Assembly: GCF_006345805.1 (NCBI RefSeq) | Contig: NW_021825286.1 | Coordinates: 1-16,176, forward strand | DNA length: 16,176 nt | Direction: 5' to 3' | Source: Octopus sinensis | Taxonomy: Eukaryota | In this document: piece by piece, positions 1-9,962 of the stretch | Layout of the letters: the number at the start of each line of letters is the position of its first letter | Numbering within the stretch: position 1 is the stretch's first letter | Notes under the pieces: model-generated | The model's database searches: none | What the model was told of the DNA's origin: nothing | What the model saw: the letters and a program-made list of their open reading frames with translations, nothing else | Made by a program: the position numbers and the translations under genes

Positions 1-83
1 ATATATATATATATATATATATATATAGTATATATATATTATGTATGTTATGTATATATTGTATACGTGTGTGTGTGTGTGTG
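1..83. repeat. (AT)n/(GT)n microsatellite
   Basis: Dinucleotide runs read directly. Confidence 0.95.
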
Positions 84-287
84 TCTTACTCGGTACCAAT
101 ACAACGCTTTCGCTCGAGACAACACAAGAAATCCGCTATTTCCGCTTCCTCTAAATTTCTCAGCTGGTCAACAATACTTTAACTTTTCATCAGAAATGTG
201 ATAACGTCTGCTTTCATCTCAGTCGAATTCGTTGACTTTACCGTATTTTCGCCATCTTTCATTTATGTCACTCGCTATAATTTATCT

Positions 288-415
288 CTATATGTGTATA
301 TGTTTGCATACGTATATGTTAGTGCTGGTAAAATATAAATATGGATAGATATGTGTACATGTGTGTATGTATGTATATATGTATGTATATATATATGTGT
401 GTGTGTATGTTGTTT

Positions 416-446
<31 letters not shown>

Positions 447-510
447 GTTTATGTATGCATGTGGCATATATCCGTGTGTGTACATGTATGTGCATAAGTA
501 TATAAATACG
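288..510. repeat. Degenerate (TA)/(TG)/(TATG) microsatellite
   Basis: Low-complexity runs; source of the YIYI/HTHT peptides in the ORF track. Confidence 0.9.
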
Positions 511-799
511 TCACATTTTCTAGGGCTTCCTATATCTGTAAAAATGTCTATTTGGTGAGTGTTGTTTATATCTTTCCCGATCAGATTGATGCATAGCTGA
601 CCATAATTCTTCCTGTCGGACGTATTCTGAATGCATCCACCGAAACATATGTAGGATATATGAAGATATAAATGTTTTAATAACATTGAGAGCGTTTGTC
701 TCCTTAAATTTTTTTCCTACATATATATATATACCCCTATGAACCACTGCTAAAGAACATTTGCTATGCCTTCACACATTTATCTGTGTGTACATATAT

Positions 800-1066
800 G
801 TATGTGCATACTTAACAAAATTTTGATCCAATAGAAGTGACAGGTGAAACGCTAATAGAAAGATGAATGTATATATAGGTGTATGTATGTATATGAGTTT
901 GTGTATATGAGTGTACCTATATATATATACACATACATATGCACATACTATATACATGCATGCATACATACAATGATACATACTTAAACATATATACATA
1001 CACGTTCATGTTTGCGTTTCACCTGTCACAGTTACTGGATTAAAATTTTGCTATGTCAGCACATAC
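800..1066. repeat. Foldback inverted repeat (MITE-like or inverted duplication)
   Basis: Arms 800-852 and 1014-1066 match 44/53 by hand alignment, including perfect GTGACAGGTGAAACGC (837-852) / GCGTTTCACCTGTCAC (1014-1029). Confidence 0.8.
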
Positions 1067-1081
1067 GTGTATGCTCCCTCC

Positions 1082-1147
<66 letters not shown>

Positions 1148-1185
1148 TGAGCGTGTGTATGTGTGTGTGTCTGTGTATGTATACA
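1082..1185. repeat. (TA)n-(TG)n microsatellite
   Basis: Read directly. Confidence 0.95.
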
Positions 1186-2398
1186 TAGCAAAAATTCTTA
1201 GACAGTCAAATCGACAGTTGAGCCACTGAACTAAAACAGATTGCATTAGGAGATATAGAGAAGAAAGATAGACTGCAAAAGGTAGAGAGATGGATAGTGG
1301 AGGAAGTAAATAGATCGATACTAAAAGAGATCGGTAGCTAGATGTCTTATGAGGGAATCACGCAAACAGTGAGAGAGAGAGAGAAAGACAGAAAAATAGA
1401 GAGGGAAAGAGGTAGAGTGTGATAGATTGATCGATAGCGTGTAACCCCTTCCCCAATATTTTAGGCATTCTGTCGGATGTGGATATGGGCAAGCAATATC
1501 CTTATAAGAAGTCAAATGAAAAATTGCTTTTCATTAATTAGGTTTTTACTCACCCGTCTCTAATCAATGTCAATTGTCGACGTATATGTAATGTTTCACA
1601 CGATGAAGAAATCTTTAAATTGCACCTCTCTCAACAACGTCGTAACAGAGACTGGTTTACACGAAGAAGATTCAGTTTTTCTCACCTGATAATACCTGAT
1701 ATAAAACTGTCGTATACACGTTTTATTACCTGATATAATCCTCCATTCAAATTGTGTGTTTCATCTAATATAACAAAACCCTTTGTAAATATCATATTTC
1801 AGATCTTTAAAAAGAACGCCTTGGATGTTAGATCTAATCTTTCTATATATAAAGCTGAAGTTGTCTGTGTATGGCAGGTTTGGTAGCCTTCAACTAACAC
1901 TATCTCCTCCGACACCATGCGGCGCAAGTTGACCAAAATTGATAGCAAGATAGAAGAAGGGTTGCTCTTCCTTCCGTGGAAGAAAAACTTCAGATTGGAC
2001 CATGTTAACAACAAAAATTATTTACATAAAAGGGTGCATTTTTTTCTATGAAAATCCCTATTTTTTATGATTTTTTGACTGCTGTGTCGCCATTTTTCGG
2101 TGTATTTCAACGAGAAAAATGTTCACTTATTCTGCATGTACTGTTTATCCTCCATCAGCCTCAATTTTGGCGCACAGTAGCAGCTCATGTAGGCAACGAA
2201 AAAAATGGCATTTACTATGAGAATATCTTATTGGAATTTTATTGAATTTGGCACTAGGAAACCGGTTCCAATGCGATTCGGTTTCGACCAAGTTTCAAAG
2301 TTCACTGATTTAAACTTCGATAGTAACTTAGCTCTTTACTAGCCAAAGTTTAACAATACCACCACCACGAACAAAAATTCAACTATAGCAAAACTAGC

Positions 2399-2431
2399 AA
2401 TAACAACAACAACAACAACAACAACAACAAC
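2399..2431. repeat. (AAC)n microsatellite
   Basis: Read directly. Confidence 0.95.
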
Positions 2432-3002
2432 TCTAACTGCTATTACAGCAATAAGACTAAAACAAAATGGCGAATGTTCGCTGAGATTTGACATCCTCGG
2501 AATGTTTAGTGTCGGCTGAAGTGTTAGTGGAGTCGTCTGCCTAACGTTCTGTCTGTAAATTGTTTAAACAGCTCAACGAATAATTTCGTTATTTAACAAA
2601 AATGGCTGGCCTCAGGCGAAATAGCTATCAATCTTTGCAACAGGAGAGAAAGCACTGTTGAGAAATCTTATTACCGAAGACATTTGGGAATTATTAGCAA
2701 TTTGGTCTTTTTTTACGTTATTTTTTGTGTTATCACTGTTGTTGCTGTTGTTTATTTGTTGTTTTAAAGTAATCAATTCACGTTGTATACAAGAAATAAG
2801 CTGTTTGTTAGATTATTCCGTTAGCATATTTCGACAGTAGGCGGGTGATAATTCCATTTATTCGCGCGGCGACTCATAAGTGTTTGAGAAAGGCATAAAC
2901 ATCACAGCAATAAACCAACAGCTATGGAAGAGAGACGTACAACATACGCTGGCCAAACTGCAAGGTCTGAGTTTCGTGTTTCGTTTATAGATATTTCACT
3001 TC

Positions 3003-3414
3003 TAAGAAGCTTGTTCTCCAACCATATTGTCTTTAGTGGAGGCACATGGTCTAGTGGTTACAGCAGCGGACTCGCGGTCGAGGGATCGCGGGTTCGAATC
3101 TCAGACCGGGCGATGTGTGTGTTTATGAGCGAAACACCGAAGCTCAACGCGGCTCCGGCAGAAGGTAATGGCGAACTTCTGCTGACTCTTTCGCCACAAC
3201 TTTCTCTCAGTCTTTCCTCTCGCATCTTGCAGCTCACCTGCGACGGACCGGCGTCCCGTCCAGGTGGGGAACCTATACGCCAAGGAAACCGGGAAACCGG
3301 CCCTTATGAGCCAGGCGTGGCTCGAGAAGGAACATATTGTCTTTGGTTCTACTATAGCACCGGGTGGACCAAAGCCTCGTGAGTGGATTTGGTCGACGGG
3401 AACAGAAAGAAGCC
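3003..3414 (+). mobile_element. Decayed SINE (host), interrupted by a younger SINE
   Basis: TAAGAAGCTTGTT (3003-3015) is identical to 13137-13149, and 3367-3414 aligns with ~13198-13245. Recalled as an abundant octopus SINE type; 3557-3607 may be its 3' continuation. Family not verified. Confidence 0.75.
3035..3332 (+). mobile_element. Full-length tRNA-derived SINE with 12-bp TSD
   Basis: A box TGGTCTAGTGG (3047-3057), B box GTTCGAATC (3092-3100), perfect TSD CATATTGTCTTT at 3023-3034 and 3333-3344. Confidence 0.92.
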
Positions 3415-3729
3415 TGCTGTGTGTAAATATATATGCCCTAGCATGGCCACAACCTTTGGGCTGAAACGCATAGAAGAATAAAGGAATATATATATATATA
3501 TTTATATTTGTCTATATATGTGTGAGTGTGGCTGTATGTGTATGTGTTTGTATTTATTGCTTACCGCTGCTTGTGTTGGTTTGTTTACGGCCACGTTACT
3601 TAGCGTTACTACTCATAAGAGTTTGAGAAAAGCATGAATATCACAGCAATAAACCTGTAAGTTTATGTCGAACACCTCATGTCGCGTGTGGAATGGGTTC
3701 AAGTGCCAACTGATTCCACCGTGACGATC

Positions 3730-3888
3730 TTTATTATTATTATTATTATTATTTATTGTTATTATTATTATTATTATTATTATTTATTATTATTATTATT
3801 AGTAGTATTTTATTGTTATATTATTATTATTATATTATTATATTATTATTATTATTATTTTTTTTTAATTATTATTATTATTATTATT
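3730..3888. repeat. (ATT)n microsatellite
   Basis: Read directly. Confidence 0.95.
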
Positions 3889-4438
3889 GAGTGAGAGAGC
3901 AGTTTCATGCCATCAAGTGACACTGGGGTAAAATATACGAAGCCCAATATACCCATCATGACTACCCGTCTGATAAAGGTACACCAGGCACATGCATCAC
4001 AACCATATGTGCGCGACATGGTGATCTCATATCAAGATAAACAGCAATGACCTTGCAGGTGGGGCCAGTTAGAATTTTCTTCAGGTTGAGTAGCCCATCC
4101 CGCTCAAACGGCCCTGAATAAGGGTTGCTTTAGGATGTTGAACGAAACACCTATGTTTCCAGAGGTGAACCATTCAAATTCCAAAGAATCCCCCTCAACA
4201 CATGGCCATGATGCTCCCCCACTACTTCTGCTCGTGATCAGAGATGCAACATCGTCAGCCACTAAGGGACATGCTCAACTGGTTAAGGTCAAACAACTGA
4301 CAAGCAAATCTGTGGTATTGAGCAGAATATTTGCTGTAGCCCATCTTTTTATCCCAAGACAAACAATGTACATGATAACACTTCCAATCAGTTAAGATCA
4401 GAAGCCATGAGAGCCACTGCCTGGTACTGCATCAGGGC

Positions 4439-4440
<2 letters not shown>
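3889..4440 (-). mobile_element. Unclassified 552-bp non-coding element embedded in (TAA)n
   Basis: Complex sequence with sharp ATT-array borders on both sides, no credible ORF and no clear Pol III boxes. Recalled as a recurrent octopus repeat (unverified). Strand inferred from the neighbouring LINE's (TAA)n tail orientation. Confidence 0.6.
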
Positions 4441-4493
<53 letters not shown>

Positions 4494-4511
4494 TTATTAT
4501 TATACTATTAC

Positions 4512-4555
<44 letters not shown>

Positions 4556-4607
4556 TATTATTATTATTTTATTCTTATTAATATTACTATTACTATTATT
4601 ATTATTA

Positions 4608-4645
<38 letters not shown>

Positions 4646-4677
4646 TATTATTATTATTATTTATTATTATTATTATT
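4441..4677. repeat. (ATT)n microsatellite; tail/target of the adjacent LINE
   Basis: Read directly. Confidence 0.95.
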
Positions 4678-5927
4678 CTATGTTTGACTTTTGCTTTATG
4701 TCTGTACAAGTTGGCTCCAAGTCTCACCCAGAGACCTCAAAAGAGACAGGTTAGAAGTTCCGTCTGTGCCATATATTTGGTTTTTTTTTATGGTGTTGTA
4801 CTAGTGAACGTCTAATACATAAAAAAATAAATAAATAAATAAATTTAAAAAAAAAAAGTTTGTTTTAAAACCTTGGGATTACATAGAGAGTATTTTGCGT
4901 AGGATATGAGCAGTTCCCATGAGCACTATCTTTTGAATTTCTGCCATTTTGGGGTTTCCTGGTATCTGAGTTAGGTAGCAATCAGTCCCTTTCGCTATCA
5001 TTCCCGGGCAACCTATGACAACAGGTATTGTTTTAGTCTTCAGCTTCCACATTTTGCTGATTTCTATTTCCAGATCTTTATATTTGCTCAGTTTTTGGTA
5101 GGTCTTGACAGATACGTTTATATCGATTGGGACAGTCATATCAATGAGGAGACATGTTCTTTGTCTGAAGTCTTTCAATATAATGTCTGGCCTATTTGCA
5201 TCTATCTTCCTGTCAGTTTGAATGGTGAAGTTCAGAGGAGTGAGATGTGGTAATTTTCTAGCACAGGAGGTGGATTGTGTTTCCCACCAGTTTTTTTTCA
5301 TGGGGCAAATCCAGTTTTTTGCAATTACCCAGTGAATATATTGTGCAGCTCTATCATGCCTACTGAGGTACTCTGTAGGCGCTAGAAGACTGCATTGGAG
5401 ACAACATGGTCAATGGTTTTCATTTTGTTGTCGGCATAATACGACATGTTGGGCTACTGCTGTTCTTTAATATGTTGGCCTGGTAGTTTCTTGTTGGTAG
5501 GCATTGATCTGAGCTGCTATGATAAACCCCTCTGTTTCAGATTTTAAGCCAGAGGCCATTAGCCATTGATGGGTCAGGGCTTTGTCGATATCTGCATTAT
5601 TCGCTCTCTTTGGGTATTTGCCATAGAGAGGTTTTTCTTGCCATTTATTATTCAGAATATCTAAGGCCGCAGTTTTGGCACGGGTTTTCATGCGCCTAGC
5701 TTTTTCTGTGCTTGTTTCTTGTATATCTATCTCTAATTCCGAAATTGGTTGTATTCGCAATTCACTTAGATATTCCTTTGCCTGTTTTGTGACTGAGTAT
5801 GATGCTTTCTTGTTTTCATGTCTTGAGACAAGTTTTAACATCCAGAGTTTTTCAGGTAGGTGTCTAGGCCAATTGTAGCAATCTTCATTGTTATTGCCAG
5901 TTGCAAAAGACCACGGCCTCCCTCTTC
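4678..5927 (-). mobile_element. 5'-truncated RLE-type non-LTR retrotransposon, R4/Dong-like
   Basis: Frameshifted ORF remnant: EGGRGL (end of RT region), WL..SGLKSETEGFIIAAQ(DQ), CCHC knuckle CRxCRQQNETIDHVVS.C, RHDRAAQYIHW, endonuclease motif RPDIIL..LLIDMTVP..K.SKYKDL, stop at 4879, ~200-bp 3' UTR, then (TAA)n. Confidence 0.9.
4879..5927 (-). pseudogene. Disrupted C-terminal part of the LINE ORF (zinc knuckle plus restriction-like endonuclease)
   Basis: ORF-track pieces 5467-5841 and 4879-5301 join through several frameshifts. Confidence 0.88.
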
Positions 5928-6022
5928 ATTATTATTACTATTATTAGTATTATCATCATCATTATTATCATTATTATTAATATTATTATTATTATTATCA
6001 TCATTATCATCATCATTATTAT
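5928..6022. repeat. (ATT/ATC)n microsatellite at the LINE 5' junction
   Basis: Read directly. Confidence 0.9.
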
Positions 6023-6299
6023 TGCAGAGTTGCAGACCTATTGTTGTCTGAGTGACGTGTTAAAAGCGTCATCATCGTGAGAATGGCGATGATGATATTG
6101 AGGATGATGCGAGATAAGAGAAGAAAACGATGTGACGGTAGATAAGTGAAGATAATCTCGTCGTGAGATAACAATAACAGTAGTGATTATGCTAATACAA
6201 GCATTGTGATGAATGTAAAGACGATGTAATGACAGGAATGAATAATGAGGTGTCATGAGATGCTGCGAGACAGGTAAAATAATAAGGGTTACAGTGAGA

Positions 6300-7420
6300 G
6301 AGGTAGGGGTAGAGCTAGAGGTAGAGGTAGAGGTAGAGAGAGAGAGAGAGAGCAAAGTAGAGGAATAGAGATGGAAAAAAGATGTGGAGAGAAAGAGAGA
6401 GAGAGAGGTTGTGTGTGTGAGAAAGAAAAAGGGAGAAAAAGAGGGATGGAAAGAGAGAAAAAGAGAAAGAGACAGTGAGAGAGAAGGAAAAATGGGGAGG
6501 AAAAGAGAAAGTGAGAGGGATGAAAATAGGAAGATGGAGGCAGGGGAAAAAAGATAAAGAGATTGTAAGAAAATTTGGGAGAAAAAGAAAAGATAGATTA
6601 AGTGAATAGAGAGAGATAAAGCGAATGTAAGAGAGAAGAGAGAAAAAGAGAAAGAGACAGGAGAGAGAGAGATAGAAAGATAGAGAGATAAAGAGTGAGA
6701 AGAAAGGAGAGGAAAAAAGGAGAAGAAAAATTGCGAAAAGGAAAGCAAAAAATGAGAAAAAGAATATAATTGTGATGTAAAAATGTGAGAGGTGCCCCAT
6801 TGAGAGAGAGAGACGTAGAGGAGAGAGACGAAGAAGAGAGAGAGAGAGAGAGGGGCAAGGAGAGAGACGTAGAGGAGAGAGAGAGAGGGGGGGCAAGGAG
6901 AGAGACGTAGAGGAGAGAGTGAGAGAGCGAAGTAGAGGATTAGAGATGGAAAAAAGATGTGGAGAGAAAAATAGAAAGAGGTTGTGTGTTTGAGAAAGAA
7001 AAAGGGAGAAAACAAAAGATAGAAAGAGAGAAAAAGGGAAAGAGACAGCGAGAGAGAAGGAAAAATGGGGAGAAAATGAGAGAAAAAGAGAAAGAGAGAG
7101 TGATGAAAATAGGAAGAGGAAGGGACAAAAGGATAAATTTGGGAGAAAAAGAAAAGATACATTAAGTGAAAAGGGAAAGATAAAGAGAATGTTGGAGAGA
7201 AAGAGACAAGAGAGAGAGAGAGACAGGAGAGAGAGATAGACAGGAGAGAGAGATAGACAGGAGAGAGAGATAGACAGGAGAGAGAGAGAGAGAAATAGAA
7301 TGTAAATTTGATGTAAAAATGTGAGAGGTGCTCAATTGAGAGGGAGAGAGGAGGGGGGCAAAGAAAGAGAGAGAGACGTAGAGGAGAGGGAGTGAGAGTG
7401 AGCGAAAGAGAAAGAAAGCC
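6300..7420. repeat. GA-rich polypurine tract formed by a degenerate ~540-575-bp tandem duplication
   Basis: Anchors repeat at 6356/6931 (AGTAGAGGA..AGAGATGGAAAAAAGATGTGGAGAGAAA) and 6774/7310 (GATGTAAAAATGTGAGAGGTGC). Confidence 0.85.
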
Positions 7421-7570
7421 AAATAAAGATGTAACAATGTGTGGTGAGTGGACAAAATAAAAGATGGTCCCTCGATTCTTTCAATCAATTTCTACTAATA
7501 TAATTACTTCACACTTTGATCAACATGATCAAACGAACGATATTTCCTAATAAACAAACAACAGCAATAA

Positions 7571-7572
<2 letters not shown>

Positions 7573-7601
<29 letters not shown>

Positions 7602-7716
7602 ATAATAATAATAACAATAATAATAATAACAATGATAATAATAATAACAATAATAATGATAAAATAATAATAATAACAATAACAATAATAATAACAATAA
7701 TAATAATAATAATAAC

Positions 7717-7764
<48 letters not shown>

Positions 7765-7810
7765 TGATAATAATAATAATAATGATAATAATAATAATAA
7801 TAATAATAAC

Positions 7811-7848
<38 letters not shown>

Positions 7849-7853
7849 CAATG

Positions 7854-7899
<46 letters not shown>

Positions 7900-7906
7900 T
7901 AATAAT
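7573..7906. repeat. (AAT)n microsatellite
   Basis: Read directly. Confidence 0.95.
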
Positions 7907-8134
7907 TGTGATGTTAATAGAAAAAGGTGTTTGAGAATTCTTTATGAGGGTTTATTGTTTTATAAAGCAAACATTATAGAGTCATTAGTAGCTATTGTAC
8001 AATAGGGAGCACAACCACCACCACCCATCACCATTGCGACCACGACCACCACCTTCGAGATTTTAACCTCCACCTCTTAAAAAACCCCATAAAAAACGTC
8101 TTTTAACGAAAGAAGGGGGAAAACACTACAGAAA

Positions 8135-8830
8135 CGACGATGATAACGATGACGACGACGATGATGATGAACGATCACTGCTACTACTACTACTACAACT
8201 ACTACTACTACAACTACTACTACTACTACTATTACTACTACTATTACTACTACTACTACTACTACTACTACTACACTACTAAGAACATCAACACTATCAC
8301 ACTCCCGCTACCGCCGCCGCCGCCGCCGCCGCCGCCACCCCACCACCACCACCACCACCACCACCATCACCACCACAACCACCACAAATTTTTGGTCTTT
8401 TCACCACATCTTAACATCTTCCACTAAAAACCCAAGACGTTGTTGTCATTATGAACTAGAACGACGACTACCACCACTACCACCACCACCACCACCACCA
8501 CCACCACCACCATTTCCATCACCAGAATTAACCTTTCCGCTAGCACTACTACCACCACCAGGACCACCACTAGTACCACTACCACTACAATCCCCCCCCC
8601 CCCCACCACATCACCTGCTTCAGCACAGATTCAGCACTACTAAAATCATTCTATCAGCAGCAGAACCACTACTACCATCCTCACCATCACCAACACTGCC
8701 ACCATCACAAACATCAGCATTACCCCTCCACAACTACCACCACCACCACCACCACCACCACCACCACCACTACCATTATCTCTACCATCGCCATCCCATC
8801 AGTATCATCACCATCATTACCACTCCTACA
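8135..8830. repeat. Mosaic of trinucleotide repeats: (GAC/GAT), (CTA), (CCG), (CCA)
   Basis: Read directly. Confidence 0.9.
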
Positions 8831-8895
8831 CCCTGCAATACCATCGTCACCAACATCGACCTACCATCAGTATCTCCTCCACCACATTTAATAAT

Positions 8896-9503
8896 AAATA
8901 CCTATTTCTTTACTACCCACAAGGGGCTAAACGTAGAGAGGACAAACAAGGACAGACAAAGGTATTAAGTCGATTACATCGACCCCAGTGCGCAACTGCT
9001 ACTTAATTTATCGACTCCGAAAGGATGAAAGGCAAAGTCGACCTCGGCGGAATTTGAACTCAGGACGTAACGGCAGCCGAAATACCTATTTCTTTACTAT
9101 CCACAAGGGGCTAAACACAGAGGAAACAAACAAGGACAGACACACGGATTAAGTCGATTACATCGACCCCAGTGCGTAACTGGTACTTAATTTATCGACC
9201 CCCGAAAGGATGAAAGGTAAAGTCGACCTCGGCGGAATTTGAACTCAGAACGTAACGACAGACGAAATACCTATTTCTTTACTACCCATAAGGGGCTAAA
9301 CACAGGAGGGGACAATCAAGGACAGGCAAACGGATTAAGTCGATTACATCGACCCCAGTGCGTAACTGGTACTTAATTTATCGACTCTGAAAGGATGAAA
9401 GGCAAAGTCGACCTCGGCGGAATTTGAACTCAGAACGCAGCGGCGGACGAAATACCGCTAAGCACTTCGTCCGGCGTGCTAACGTTTCTGCCAGCTCTCC
9501 GCC
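8896..9503 (-). mobile_element. tRNA-derived SINE trimer: one head plus three 184-185-bp bodies
   Basis: Minus-strand head GGCGGAGAGCTGGCAGAAACGTTAGCACG; B-box-like GAGTTCAAATTCC in every unit; unit anchors at 8901, 9085, 9270, 9455. Confidence 0.92.
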
Positions 9504-9880
9504 TATTACTCCCTGCAATACCATCGCCACCAACACCAACATCAACATCAGTATCTCCCCCACCACATTTAATAATAAATACCACAACATTGTTCCACCC
9601 ACACCGCCAAACTCAATCATTCCATCCCCCCACCACCACTATCCCATTCCCTACCACATCTCCCCCTATTATCAGTACCACATCCGTCACCAACAAAATC
9701 TTCTCCGTCGTATTTCTCTTTGACTCCTTTTCATTCATCTTATTTCAAACATTTTCTTTTATTCTCTTTCATGATTTTCTATTTTTGACGTTTCTTTTCT
9801 TTCCCTTATAATCCTGTTCATCATTGTTGTTGTTGTTGTGACTTTACACATCCGACACACATTCATTCACACACGCACAA

Positions 9881-9951
<71 letters not shown>

Positions 9952-9962
9952 ATCTATCTATC
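9881..9962. repeat. (TATC)n microsatellite
   Basis: Read directly. Confidence 0.95.

Larger units (their letters stand above)
2872..3655. repeat. Pair of 45-bp direct repeats (2872-2916 and 3611-3655)
   Basis: ACTCATAAG(T/A)GTTTGAGAAA(G/A)GCAT(A/G)AA(C/T)ATCACAGCAATAAACC; 41/45 identical. Confidence 0.9.

Noticed and set aside
1803-1960. Possible decayed RTE LINE fragment (YKA.V..YG-like)
   Set aside because: Too short and requires frameshifts; not distinguishable from chance.
3038-3110. Functional tRNA gene
   Set aside because: A and B boxes are present, but the sequence continues into a SINE body bounded by a TSD, and I could not build a full cloverleaf.
2048-3382. ORFs 2048-2245, 2658-2840 and 2924-3382
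   Set aside because: No recognisable domain; the longest simply reads through the GC-rich SINE.
4381-4440. Resemblance to U2 snRNA or an HDV-like ribozyme
   Set aside because: Only short scattered word matches; the P1/P3/L3 pairing could not be built by hand.
6038-7162. 374-aa ORF and overlapping S/L/F-rich ORFs
   Set aside because: Translation of a polypyrimidine tract that cannot easily contain stop codons.
7515-7533. Perfect 8-bp hairpin TTTGATCA-ACA-TGATCAAA (similar one at 9968-9986)
   Set aside because: Isolated short stems are expected by chance in 16 kb of AT-rich DNA.
7504-8609. Poly-L, poly-Y, poly-H, poly-P and poly-V ORFs (also 3679-3894, 4407-4754, 12323-12875, 15229-15622)
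   Set aside because: Direct read-outs of tri- and tetranucleotide microsatellites.
8896-9503. CRISPR-like periodicity in the tandem arrays
   Set aside because: Whole units repeat with no unique spacers, no cas genes, eukaryotic context.
8896-9503. Hammerhead ribozyme in the 184-bp unit
   Set aside because: CGAAA and GATGA occur, but no CTGAnGA core was found on either strand.
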